A DNA stretch of 64,000 bases from Eledone cirrhosa (taxonomy: Eukaryota), in NCBI GenBank assembly GCA_964016885.1, contig OZ024740.1, positions 294,314,001 to 294,378,000 on the forward strand, written 5' to 3'. The position numbers were made by a program, and so were the translations under genes. Shown here piece by piece: positions 11,817 through 23,812 of this stretch (positions within the stretch are counted from its first letter, which is position 1; each line of letters starts with the position of its first letter). Below the pieces are notes generated by a model that was not told the DNA's origin, did not search any database, and saw only the letters and a list, made by a program, of their open reading frames with translations.

Positions 11817-13150
11817 TACCAGTTAATGTCTATGTTCCATGTTTTCATGGGTTTAACAGGTTGTCACATTATGAGACTAGTCAAATCAGGTCAGGCGACC
11901 TAGTCTTGCTCATACAGATCTATATTTTTAGCTTGGTTTTAACTGCTGGGTGCCCATTACTGCGTGGAATGGATACTTTTAAAAAATGATTCATAAAAAG
12001 CATGGCTGAACCAATGCGAAAGCCTTTATGTGGTTGTTCAACATCTTAGAAATAGCAGTCAAATAATCCTCTTATCACACCTTATCATCTTAATGAAAGA
12101 AATATTTTATTGAATAATATAGTCTTTTTACACCTATTTTTCTATGGTGACATGTGTTTGGGGGATCATTATAGACTGACCAAGTCAGTATACAGGAAGA
12201 GCACCCCACCATAGAAACCATACCAAAAAAGGGTTGAGAGGACCCTTCAGTTATGTCAAAGACACAACCTCTCTAGCGTTGGTGAGTTACACGATAAACA
12301 CATCCAGTATATACTATAAAGTAGTTGGTGATAGGAAGAGCATCCAGCCATAGAAAGCCTTCCAAAGAAAGGGCTTAGAGAACCCATCAGTTGTATCAAG
12401 GACATAATAACCTCTTATGTGCACCAGATAGAACTTATGTAAGTGAGATACAGACTCCCACCCCACCAGCCTGCCTGGGAGGTCAGTAGTCCTGCTTCAG
12501 TATTGACTTGGTCTATGTAGACTCATCCAATGCTTGCTAGCAGGGGAAGCTGATGTTAAATGATGATGATGATGATACTCTATCTTCCTAGTTGAGTCAG
12601 GAAACAACATCTTGCTCAATATGTTCCATTTTTTAATTGTTTCTTCAGATGGATGCCCTTCCTAATGCCAACCACTTTACAGAGTACACTGGGTACACTA
12701 TGCCTGAGAAATAGTTGTGGTGGTCAGAGCTGGAACATATTTGATCATAGATCTGTTTGATCAAGACTGATCTAGAGCCAAGTCAGTAATTTATCTGATA
12801 CATATATCCTCCTAGATGGAACAGAAGACCACATATTGCTCATTACATTCCATATCTTTAAAGGTTTGATTTGCAGGATACCCTTCCTAATAGCAACTAC
12901 TTTACAAAGAGTGCTGGGTACACTATATCTGAGAAAAAAACGAGATGGTCAGAATTGTTAGGTCAGAGCTGACCTAGAGCGAAACAACAAATTCCTTCAG
13001 CAAAGACAAGAGATAACAAGATAGAAAATAATTGTTTCTACTTTTGGCACAAGGCCAGCAATTACCCAATGCATTACTGGTACTTTATTCTATCGACCCC
13101 GGAAGGATGAAAGGCAAAGTTAACCTCGGCGGGATTTGAACAAGACAGAA

Positions 13151-13194
<44 letters not shown>

Positions 13195-13195
<1 letters not shown>

Positions 13196-14554
13196 TGAAT
13201 GCAAGGAATAGGATCGATGCCATAAACACGCTTGCCATACCAGTAGTAACCTACAGTTACAATGTCATCAACTGGTTAAGCACAGAGATCCGTAGGGTCG
13301 ATACAAAAATTAGAAAATTCTTAACCATGCACAGAATGCATCACCCTAAGGCAGATATAGATAGAATATATCTCCCTAGGAAAGAAGGAGGACGTGGGTT
13401 AGTCCAGTTAGACATTGCGTTGAAAACTGCAACAATTGGATTATCTACATATCTAAGGGAATCACATGATTGGATGATCAAACTCGTTTTGAAACACGAA
13501 AGCATCAAAAGATCATACTCCATTACAAAAGATGCACAAAGATACAGTAATGGACTACAAATTTCAGAAGTCCCATTTACTGCTGAAATGGAAAACACAG
13601 AAAAAGCAAAGCAGGTAAAAGTAACTGCAAAGAAAGAACTGCTACAGAAACTGGCTAAGAAATGGCAAGAAAAGCCTCTGTATGGAAAATACCCAGAACG
13701 AGCTAACAATCCTGATGTTGACAAAACTTTAACCCATCAGTGGTTGGCATCCTCTGGACTGAAATCGGAGACTGAAGGACTGATTATATCAGCACAAGAT
13801 CAGTGTCTGCCAACAAAAAATTACCAAGCCAACATAATAAAAAATGGATGCATTGACCATATAATTTCAATGTGCAGTCCTATAGCTCCAACCGAATACC
13901 TAAACAGGCATGACAGAGCTGCACAATACATACATTGGATAATGTGTAAGCATTTTGACCTGCCCCATCAAAAGAATTGGTGGGAGCATCAACCATCTCC
14001 CATACTTTAAAAAGATCACATCTCAATCTTGTGGAACTTTAGCATCCAAACAGACCGAAAAATAGATGCAAATAGACCTGATATAATATTGAAGGACTTT
14101 AAAAAGAGGGTATGCCTGCTAATTGATATGTCCGTTCCAATAGACAAGAATGTATCTATAAAAACATTTGAAAAGTTGAGCAAATATAAGGACCTGGAGA
14201 TAGAAATTGGAAAAATGTGGAAATTGAGAACTAAAACAATACCAGTGGTTGTAGGCGCTCTGGGAATGATACCTAAGGGGTCTAATGATTACTTATCGCA
14301 AATCCCAGGAAACCCGCGTATAGGAGAAATACAAAAGATAGTACTAATGGGAACTGCCCATATTCTAAGGAAGATTCTGTCAATATAAGTACATCACAAG
14401 TCTAAACACTAAAGATGCATGTGTGAGTATGTATGTTCTTTCTTGAACATGGCGGACCTTGTTGTCTCTTGAGGTCACTGGTTGTGACTTGGTGATAACT
14501 CGTATGAACATAAAGCAAGATAAATGCAACTGTAATAATAATAATAATAATAAT
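13195..14554 (+). mobile_element. R4/Dong-clade LINE, 5'-truncated, in (TAA)n
   Basis: AINTLAIPVVTYS, HHPKADIDRIYLPRKEGGRGL, RHD, NRPDII..LIDMSVP..KLSKYKDL (RLE PD..D..K); TAA stop at 14008-10; CCHC knuckle partly deleted; (AAT)n at 13150-13195 and 14533-14554. Confidence 0.92.
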
Positions 14555-17500
14555 TAGACATTCAAACACTACATTACAATGAAACTTATGCTTATTCATT
14601 TTTGGGGGTTTTTTTGCCTGTTTGTTTGTTTGTTTATTTATGTTCGTCTACAGCGTGATAATGCCACACAAAAATCACGTGGAGTGACAAAACCACCGGA
14701 GGCGATGAATTCACCGGTGGTTATGTAACCATACATTCGCCAATCCTCGATAAGAGTGTTTAAATGTCGAACCTAAACAGTTCGAATAACGGTGAAATGG
14801 AGACTAGAATGTCATGTGACAGACTCTCACCCAACAGGTGCTCCCTGGCTCAGCAGCAGGGACCTGGCTGTCAACCAAATACTGCTGGTGTCGGAGGAAG
14901 AAGAAGAAGGAAAGGGACCAAAACCAACTGGACGAAAGAATTGAATAGAACTGTTATGCAATGTTACCTGAAGAGTAACTCCAAGGAGAAAGGCTATAGG
15001 AAACGGATGCATAACATCTGGAACGAGATTGGTCTATTTAAATTAGATGAACAAAAATTGGCCGGGCAGGCTCGGGTAATAAGAACTAATGGGTGGATAA
15101 GCGAGCTGGAACTGGAGGAAGTGAGCAGAGAGATTAGCTTGGAGATGGAGAGTGGAGTATGCAAAACAAACGAGCCAGTGGGAAATGAAGGTGAAGAGGT
15201 CGAGAGAACGGAGGAACCACCCGAAGCAGACAATGATCTGAATGCTGAGATAAATAATACCTGGAACAGAGATACGGCCACTGAGGAGATGAATGCTGAC
15301 GGGCTAGGACAAGATTTGGTTGATATCCTAAACTTAGTGGTAGATGAATTGAACAATGATAGTGGGAGACCTATGAACCTAAGATTTGTAGACAGAAAAA
15401 AGTTAAAAGAAACAACAGCTAAGGTAAACAAAGTCATCCCATACCTTGAGGCGAGGAGCCTTCACCAGTTCAACAATATCCTCAAAGCAACAGCAAATAC
15501 AGTGAGGAAACTACTTGGTATAAAAGGAAACAACAGACAAGAAAGAGCAGAGCCTTGGTGGAAGAAACGACTGAGTGGTCAAATCAGGGAAATGAGAAAT
15601 GACATTGGAAAGCTTGAGTCCCTACTGAATGGGACACTAAAAAACATAGACACTAAAAATAGACTGGAAATAAAGTACAAAACTAGGAGGAAAAAGCTAA
15701 ATATTATCATAGAGGAACTGAAGCAACGCATTGTAGCAAAGAGTGCTAAAATCAGGCGATACGAGAACAGAGTCAGTCAGTATAGACAGAACTACATGTT
15801 CGACAACAACCAGAAGATGCTGTTTGGACAGCTTGAAGGGAAAGAAAGAGGCAACGACTTGATCCCTGAGGCGGAACAAACTAAAACATTCTGGAGAGGA
15901 ATATGGGAGCAGGATGTTAAACATAATGACCAGGCAGTGTGGATTGAGACAGTACAGAAGGAGATTAGCGAACAGGCACACCAACAAACTGATTTGAGTA
16001 TCACAGTTGAAACTCTTAAGGGGCAGGCCAAAAAACTAACCAACTGGAAATCACCAGGCCCAGATGGTGTGCAGGGGTATTGGATTAAAAATATAACATC
16101 CCTCCACCCGAAACTGAAACCATGTTCAATGACTGCTTGATGTCAGGTGAGGTACCAGAGTGGTTGACAAAAGGTACCACAGTTCTGATAATGAAAGACC
16201 GAATCAAGGGTAATGATGTTACCAACTATAGACCTATCACATGTCTGTCCGTAATGTGGAAACTGTTGACAAGCATTATGTCTGAGGAAATCTACCATCA
16301 CCTCCACACAAACAACTTGTTACCGGACGAACAGAAAGGATGCCGAAAGAAGTCACATGGTACAAAGGACCAGTTACTTATTGATAAGATGGTAATGAGG
16401 AATTGCAAGAGGAGATACACTGGTCTTGCCATGGGATGGATAGACTACAAAAAGGCATTTGACATGGTGCCTCATTCTTGGATCACCAAAAGCCTGGAGA
16501 TCTTCAAGGTGGCAGATAACATCAGACAGTTGTTGGGCAAAAGTATGAAGTCCTGGGAAACAGAGTTAACATCAACTGGAGAATCCTTGGGAAGCGTGAA
16601 GATCAAGAGAGGTATCTTCCAGGGAGATAGTCTGTCCCCTCTGTTGTTTGTCCTTGCCCTGATGCCCCTGACCAGTGTACTGCGAAAAGTGAGAGCAGGA
16701 TACAGGTTGGGAAAGGGAGGGCTTACCATCAATCACCTCCTCTTCATGGACGATCTTAAGCTCTTCGGGAAGAGTGAGAAGGAGCTGGATGTGGTTGTTG
16801 ACACTGTCCGTATTTTCAGCAATGATATATGTATGCAATTTGGTATTAGTAAGTGTGGAGTTATTGTGATGAAGAGGGGTAAGTTGAGCAGAAGTAACGG
16901 AATCCAGGTACCAACAGGTGAGATGATAAAGGAAATTGACTCTGAAGAAGGATACAAGTATTTGGGCGTTCTGGAGGCTGATGACATCAAGAACAAAAAA
17001 ATGAAGGAATTGATAAGAACTGAATACATTCGGAGAGTAAGGAGCGTATTAAAGTCACATCTGAACAGTAGGAATGCCATAAGTGCAGTAAATTCCCGAG
17101 CTGTGTCTATTATTAGGTACAGTGCGGGAATTCTGAGATGGAATGTTGCTGAACAAAAAGAAATGGATAGGAAGACTAGGAAGCTATTGACTATCTACAA
17201 CATGTTCCACAAGAGGAGTGATGTCGATAGACTCTACTTAAGGAGATCTGAAGGTGGAAGAGGTCTTATCAGCATAGAGGACTGTGTTCAGATGGAGAAA
17301 AACAACCTACACAAATACGTGACTGATAGTAAGGAGCCAATGCTCAGAACTGTACTGAAGGAGGGGACAATAGGCCAGGGGATGTCCAAGGAGGAAATAA
17401 CATCAAGGAGAAAGAGCAGCCTTCAGGAAAAATCCATTCATAGTACCTTCTTTGAGAAAACTGAATTTAAAGATCCACAGACATGGAACTGGTTGAAAAG

Positions 17501-18273
17501 AGGAGACCTTAAAAAGGCTACAGAAGGAATGTTAATGGCTGTGCAGGAGCAGGCCCTCAAAACGAAGTGGTTGAAACACCATATTTACAAGGAGGAGGCT
17601 AGCCCACTGTGCAGGATCTGTGGAGAGAGAGAGGAGACTGTGGCTCACATTGTATCCGAGTGTAAACACCTAGCCCAGACTCACTATAAGGGCTGGAGAC
17701 ATGATGTGATGGGCAGGGTGATCCACTGGCACCTATGCAAAGTAAACAATTTACCACATTCTGAGAAGTGGTATGAGCATAAGCCAGAGGCAGTGATAGA
17801 AAACGATCAGGTGAAGGTGCTGTGGGATTTTAGGATACAGACGGACAAGAAACTGGAACACAATAGACCTGACCTGGTGGTTATGGACAAAGAAAAAAGA
17901 TCGTGCCTGATTGTGGATGTGGCTTGCCCATTCGACACGAGAGTGCAAGAGAAGGAGAGGGAGAAAATTAACCGATACCAGGACTTAAAGTGGGAGGTAA
18001 AAAGGATTTGGAACTGCCATGAAGTCAAAGTGATCCCGATTGTCATAGGCGCACTAGGGACTATCTCAAAAAATTTCCAGGGATGGTTAAAGAAAATTGG
18101 CCCCTTCACGCTTTTTGGAACGCTTCAAAAGGCATGCTTGCTGGGAACAGCAAGAACCCTCCGATACGTCCTGAATATCTGAGGCTGCAGGTAGTGGCTT
18201 GATATTCATTTCAACAAACTTTCCAGTTAACTAACTGAGACTCAAAGAACAATAATAATAATAATAATAATAA
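14555..18273 (+). mobile_element. R4/Dong-clade LINE, near full length; single ORF 14764-18182 split by one frameshift near 16117-16121
   Basis: [73 protein letters not shown] knuckle, NRPDLV..IVDVACP..KINRY RLE; ends in (AAT)n; 5' boundary approximate. Confidence 0.95.
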
Positions 18274-18711
18274 TGCTTTCTTTATTAACCACAAGGATTT
18301 ACACAAAGTAGACATTAAGGACAGTACAGGACAATACAGGACGGTACAAATGGGCATTTCAGCGTATAAAAAAACAAAAAACAGAGGATGTAATAAAAGA
18401 ACAATGAAAATTCCCCAATAGGGGGGAGACTTCCGAGGGCCATCATGGAGAAAGCCCATTAAAAAAAAGCCACGGTGATCCTGACCACCAGGGCAAGTGT
18501 CCTCTCCCAGTTTTCCACCTTCAATTTACAGGCATATGCTCAGAGTAGGTCCATTCACTCGGGCCATTCTTGCCTCTCTCACCTATCTTTCAACAAAAAG
18601 CTGGGAAGAGAGTACTTCACTCTCTACCCTGATTTTCCTTTTCAAATGACATTGGAAAAAGTTAATCAGGGCATCACTGAAGAGGTAAGTGCTCGTCTTC
18701 AGCCCTTTCAG
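18274..18711 (-). mobile_element. L1/Tx1-like LINE 3' fragment
   Basis: Minus-strand LINFFQCHLKRKIRVESEVLSSQLFVER resembles L1/Tx1 ORF2 C-termini; 3' end ataaagaaagc runs into (TTA)n; clade assigned from memory only. Confidence 0.5.
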
Positions 18712-18976
18712 ACGGTTTCTTATATAGGCACAAGGCCAGCAATTTTGGGGAAGTGGATTGTCGATTAATTCGACCCCAGTGCATGACTGGTACTTTATTT
18801 TATCGACCCCGTAAGGATGAAAGGTAAAGTTAACCTCGGCGGGATTTGAACTCAGATAATAAAGGGCCGTAACTCTATGCTGCAAAGCATGGCATCCGAC
18901 CCTCTACCGATACTGCCAATCCACCGCCAATAATAATAATTATTATTATTTCTACTTTCGGCACAAGGCCAGTAAC

Positions 18977-19010
<34 letters not shown>

Positions 19011-19240
19011 GTTTCTGATTTAGGAACAAGGCCAACAATTTTGGGAGAGGGGGGAAAGTCGATTAAATCAACTTCAGTGCAGTACTGGTACTTTACTTTA
19101 TCAATCCCGTAAGGATGAAAGGTAAAGCTAATCTCAGTGGGATTTGAACTCAAATCATAAAGGGGCATAACGCTATGCCATAAAGCATATTGTCCGATGC
19201 TCTGCCAATCTGCCACCCTCAATAACAATAATAATAATAA
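18712..19240 (-). mobile_element. Array of family A SINEs separated by (TAA)n
   Basis: Copies at 18712-18928 and 19008-19219 plus a 3' stub at ~18945-18972. Confidence 0.85.
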
Positions 19241-19902
19241 TGAAAATTATTGTGTACAGTACTCGGGTGCACTACAACTCATCAGAAAAGGTAGCCGAAA
19301 GTGCATGTATAATACCAGTGGTGGACTAGGTCTAAAAATATTGGTTGCCAGGAGATAAAGGGGGCCCACTCATATATAATTTTTATAATGAATAAATAAC
19401 ATTTTCAAAAAATACATAAATGAAAATAAAACAGTGCAATCAAATTTTGGCGGGAAAAAATGTGTATTTTTTACTAATTATAGTGTATATATACTGTACA
19501 TATTACTGGCAGTATACAGTCATACTAAATGCTAATACAGAATGTTATAATTGAATTTTTAAATAATTGTGCCTGTATAGTATACTGTTATTTAAAGTAG
19601 AGTATGCAAATGACCGTTCTTACCTTCTCCAATAAAAATATAAAGTAACTTGAGACATATACATATCCAGAGACTTTCAATAATGACCTTTGGTCTTTCA
19701 CACTCACTCAATATATATATCCAGGAGTGTATGTGTGTACATGTACATGTGTATATATAGATTTATATATATGCATACATACATGTTTTAGACTGAAGAA
19801 CTGACCACTAATTGATTTTACATATGTCTTTAACCTATTGATATCAAAAATTATTTGGCCAGCTGCTTGTGTGTATGTGTAAATATATATATATATATAT
19901 AT

Positions 19903-20308
19903 ACAAGCAAATTATAAACGTAAACATGTAAGTATGTTTTTGAAATGGTGTGCGAGTTTGAAATTAGAAATTAGAAATTATAAGCTTTCACCGTATTTTA
20001 GACTAAAGAAATTTCTAGCCTGATAGTGGGGTTTATAACCCTCGGAGAAATGGAAAAAGATGAGTGTTGCCGTACATGGGAGTCGAACCCACATCTTTGG
20101 TTATCCAGACCACTGTGCTACCATTACACCAATACACATCCCATCTCCTTCCATTTGAATTAGAAGCTATGAACTTAGCAAGTAAATGATAAACAAGCAA
20201 ATTATAAACGTAAACATGTAAGTATGTTTTTGAAATGGTGCACGAGTTTGAAATTAGAAATTATAAGCTTTCACCGTATTTTAGACTAAAGAAATTTCTA
20301 GCCTGATA
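19903..20308 (-). mobile_element. tRNA-containing repeat with ~115-bp terminal direct repeat (pseudo-LTR-like)
   Basis: acaagcaaattataaacg...ttctagcctgata at 19903-20025 recurs at 20193-20308; tRNA-like segment between them; inverted partial copy at 50570-50738. Confidence 0.75.
20068..20138 (-). pseudogene. tRNA-like sequence (element head, not a bona fide tRNA)
   Basis: TGTGTAT-TG-GTGT-AATGGTA-GCAC-A-GTGGT-CTGGATA-ACCAA-AGAT-GTGGG-TTCGACT-CCCAT-GTACGGC-A; D, anticodon and T arms pair, acceptor stem has 2 mismatches. Confidence 0.75.
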
Positions 20309-20310
20309 TA

Positions 20311-21403
20311 TCATCATCACCGTTTTACGTCCGTTCTTCCACGCTAGCATGGGTTAGACGGGTTGTCCTGTTGTGGGCAGTGTCTGGTCGGCTGACCATG
20401 CCTTGCTCATACAGGAACTGATCTGGCTTGATTTCTACAGCTGGATGCCCTTCCTAACACCAACCTCATTTACAGTGAGTGCTGGGTGCTTTTTCGTGGC
20501 GCCTACACGTCCACTTTACAGTGTGGGCTGGGTGCTTTTTTGCCGTGGCACCTCCACGACCACCTTGCGGTGGGGGGGGGGGGCATATTGTTTATATGCT
20601 TCAGCATGTACCCATGGGAGGTCGGGTACCCTGTATTACTGCGTGACGCCAGAAGTCACGGTCGTGTGTCATTGACTTTGAGAGGTGTAGTTGGGTAAGG
20701 TCGGCTTTTATCACCTCATCCCAAGTCATCTTGGGTCTCCCCACTCCGCGGTTTCCATCAACTTCTAGTGCTCTGCACCTTTTTATGCAGCTGTCATCCT
20801 TCATACGCATCACATGTCCATACCAGCGTAACCGCCTCTCCTGCACGCAGCATTTGATTCCTCTTATGCTCAGTCTCTCTCTCAATTCATTTATGCTTTG
20901 TCGTTCACGTATATTACTGTTACACATCCATCGGAGCATGCAGGCTTCGTTTCTCTCTAATCTACGTAAGTCTTCCACCTTCAGCGCCCAGGTCTCACTA
21001 CCATGCAACATCGCTGTTCGGATACACGCATCATACAGTCTGCCTTTCATTCTGAGGGAGAAGCCTTTTGCAGCTAGCAGTGGTAGTAGTTCCCTAAACT
21101 TCTTCCATCCCGTTCTTACCCTAGTTATTGTACTTTCTGAGCACCCACCTCCGTTGCTAATTCGGTCACCTAGGTAGCAGAAGCTGTCTACTGTTTCTAC
21201 AGGGCCCTCCCAGAGATTGGTGGTACTTGTTTCCTGTGGCTGTTTGCTTGCTGTTTCAGCACAGCTGCTGCATGTGAATCCTACATTCTTAATTAAGCTT
21301 CCTGAGATCCCGCTACATCTCTTGTGTACCCATTGTTTGCATTTGGGGCAAAGAATGGAGTTCCTACCTACACCTTTCCTACATACTGAGCAAGGCCATT
21401 TCC
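20311..21403 (-). mobile_element. RTE LINE copy 1, 5'-truncated
   Basis: [11 protein letters not shown]...[13 protein letters not shown]...GRPKMTW; (CAT)n tail at 20311. Confidence 0.92.
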
Positions 21404-21555
21404 CATATATATATATACATATATACATATATATACATATATACATATATATACATATATACATATATACATATATATACATATATACATATATATACAT
21501 ATATACATATATATACATATATACATATATATACATATATACATATATATATATA
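21404..21555. repeat. (TA/TACA)n microsatellite with 18-bp period
   Basis: atatatacatatatacat repeated. Confidence 0.9.
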
Positions 21556-21845
21556 TTGTTATACTTTGGGAGGGTCATGTTGCCAATAAGAAACACACGC
21601 ACCAGTTGCTTTCACTTCAATTTACTATAATAAATTTATAAATTTAGGAATTTATAAATTTCTGGTTGGTTGGTTGGTTCCACAACCAGATAGTTGTTTA
21701 TATATTGTCAAAGTTCTTTCGTCACACATTCTGTGACCTCTTCAGTGTGTTTCTTATTGGCAACAAGACCCTCCCAAAGTATAACAATATCGGTTTCAAC
21801 ACACGATTTCAGATAAAGAATCTTGCTAAACAAATTCAGAAACGA
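21554..21845 (-). mobile_element. Penelope-like 3' end with inverted terminal duplication and hammerhead motif
   Basis: 45-bp inverted repeat 21554-21598 / 21745-21790; minus-strand CTGAAGA-G-GTCAC-agaatgt-GTGAC-GAAA-GAAC-TT at ~21711-21745, same architecture as the motif downstream of the GIY-YIG ORF at 25533. Confidence 0.7.
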
Positions 21846-21874
21846 AATATATATATATACATATATATATATTT

Positions 21875-22482
21875 CCTCTCCTTTGAGCACATTATTTACA
21901 GAGAACGGCGAGAGTCTATGGCTCCGTTAATGTATCGTGATATTTCGCTCCTTATAACAGTCTTTCCTCTCTCTCTGATTGGTTGAGCACATTTCTCTGA
22001 GTGGTTTGGGGCTGCCCTTTCTAGCAGGTCATCCCTCAGAGGCCACTGGTTCACTGCCATTAAACACGCTGTGACTTCTCTCTCCCACGTATAGTTGGAG
22101 GGTCGCTTTAAAAATTCTCTTAGTGTTGTCTGAAATGTATAGCCTTACACATGCTGATGAACCTGGGTTATTTCATGTCTGTCAACAACTTACTGGCGAA
22201 ATAGATCTCTTTGGATTTGTACGTGTGTTATATAGTTATAGAGGTATTTATTTACGCTTTAATTTCTATTTTTAATTATTGTGTCTATATTCTGCCTTTC
22301 ATAGGTTATTGATTCCATACACTGGTGGTTTTTCCCTGTTTTATTGATAGTGCACTGTATCTCTCTCTAGTGTGTTACCTTTTCAACATATTGTATTTTA
22401 AAGTGCTCAGGATTCCCTCTCCTTTGAGCACATTATTTACAGGGAACGGCGAGAGTCTATGGCTCCGTTAATGTATCGTGAT
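21875..22482 (+). mobile_element. Penelope-like fragment with 67-bp direct pseudo-LTR and hammerhead-like core
   Basis: cctctcctttgagcac...tgtatcgtgat at 21875-21941 and 22416-22482; CTGATGA (22154)...CGAAA-TAGA-TC (22197-22207); (TA)n at left. Confidence 0.65.
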
Positions 22483-23418
22483 CATCATCATCATCATCAC
22501 CGTTTTACGTCCGTTCTTCCACGCTAGCATGGGTTAGACGGGTTGTCCTGTTGTGGGCAGTGTCTGGTCGGCTGACCATGCCTTGCTCATACAGGAACTG
22601 ATCTGGCTTGATTTCTACAGCTGGATGCCCTTCCTAACACCAACCTCATTTACAGTGAGTGCTGGGTGCTTTTTCGTGGCGCCTACACGTCCACTTTACA
22701 GTGTGGGCTGGGTGCTTTTTTGCCGTGGCACCTCCACGACCACCTTGCGGTGGGGGGGGGGCATATTGTTTATATGCTTCAGCATGTACCCATGGGAGGT
22801 CGGGTACCCTGTATTACTGCGTGACGCCAGAAGTCACGGTCGTGTGTCATTGACTTTGAGAGGTGTAGTTGGGTAAGGTCGGCTTTTATCACCTCATCCC
22901 AAGTCATCTTGGGTCTCCCCACTCCGCGGTTTCCATCAACTTCTAGTGCTCTGCACCTTTTTATGCAGCTGTCATCCTTCATACGCATCACATGTCCATA
23001 CCAGCGTAACCGCCTCTCCTGCACGCAGCATTTGATTCCTCTTATGCTCAGTCTCTCTCTCAATTCATTTATGCTTTGTCGTTCACGTATATTACTGTTA
23101 CACATCCATCGGAGCATGCAGGCTTCGTTTCTCTCTAATCTACGTAAGTCTTCCACCTTCAGCGCCCAGGTCTCACTACCATGCAACATCGCTGTTCGGA
23201 TACACGCATCATACAGTCTGCCTTTCATTCTGAGGGAGAAGCCTTTTGCAGCTAGCAGTGGTAGTAGTTCCCTAAACTTCTTCCATCCCGTTCTTACCCT
23301 AGTTATTGTACTTTCTGAGCACCCACCTCCGTTGCTAATTCGGTCACCTAGGTAGCAGAAGCTGTCTACTGTTTCTACAGGGCCCTCCCAGAGATTGGTG
23401 GTACTTGTTTCCTGTGGA
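22483..23418 (-). mobile_element. RTE LINE copy 2, 5'-truncated
   Basis: Appears identical to 20311-21239 apart from the length of a G run. Confidence 0.92.
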
Positions 23419-23602
23419 CAACATCAGACCATTGGCAACATCAGACCATTGGCAACATCAGACTATTAACAACATCAGACCATTAACAACATCAGATCAT
23501 TGGCAACATCAGACCATTGGCAACATCAGACCATTGGCAACATCAGAATATTGACAACATCAGACTATTAACAACATCAGACCATTGACAACATCAGACC
23601 AT
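23419..23602. repeat. Minisatellite, 17-bp unit (caacatcagaccattgg) x~11
   Basis: Direct count of units with gg/aa/ga end variants. Confidence 0.95.
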
Positions 23603-23812
23603 ATAATAATAAAATGTGGAGAGGAAGCACACGAGTTAGGATATATATATATATATGAAAACAGGGAGAAAGAGACGATTATTAGGAAGAAAAATATATT
23701 TTTTTCCTTTTTTGTTTCTCTCTCTTTTTTCTGGGTTAGAAAATGATTAAAACGAAATGTTTTACTTTGTGTGAAGTGTTAAGGTATTAGTTGATTTGTT
23801 TATTAATTAACA

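Noticed and set aside
20068-20138. Functional tRNA-Ser(GGA)
   Set aside because: Acceptor stem mismatched, no long variable arm, and embedded in a repeat
23419-23602. CRISPR-like array
   Set aside because: Contiguous 17-bp units with no unique spacers, eukaryotic context and no cas genes
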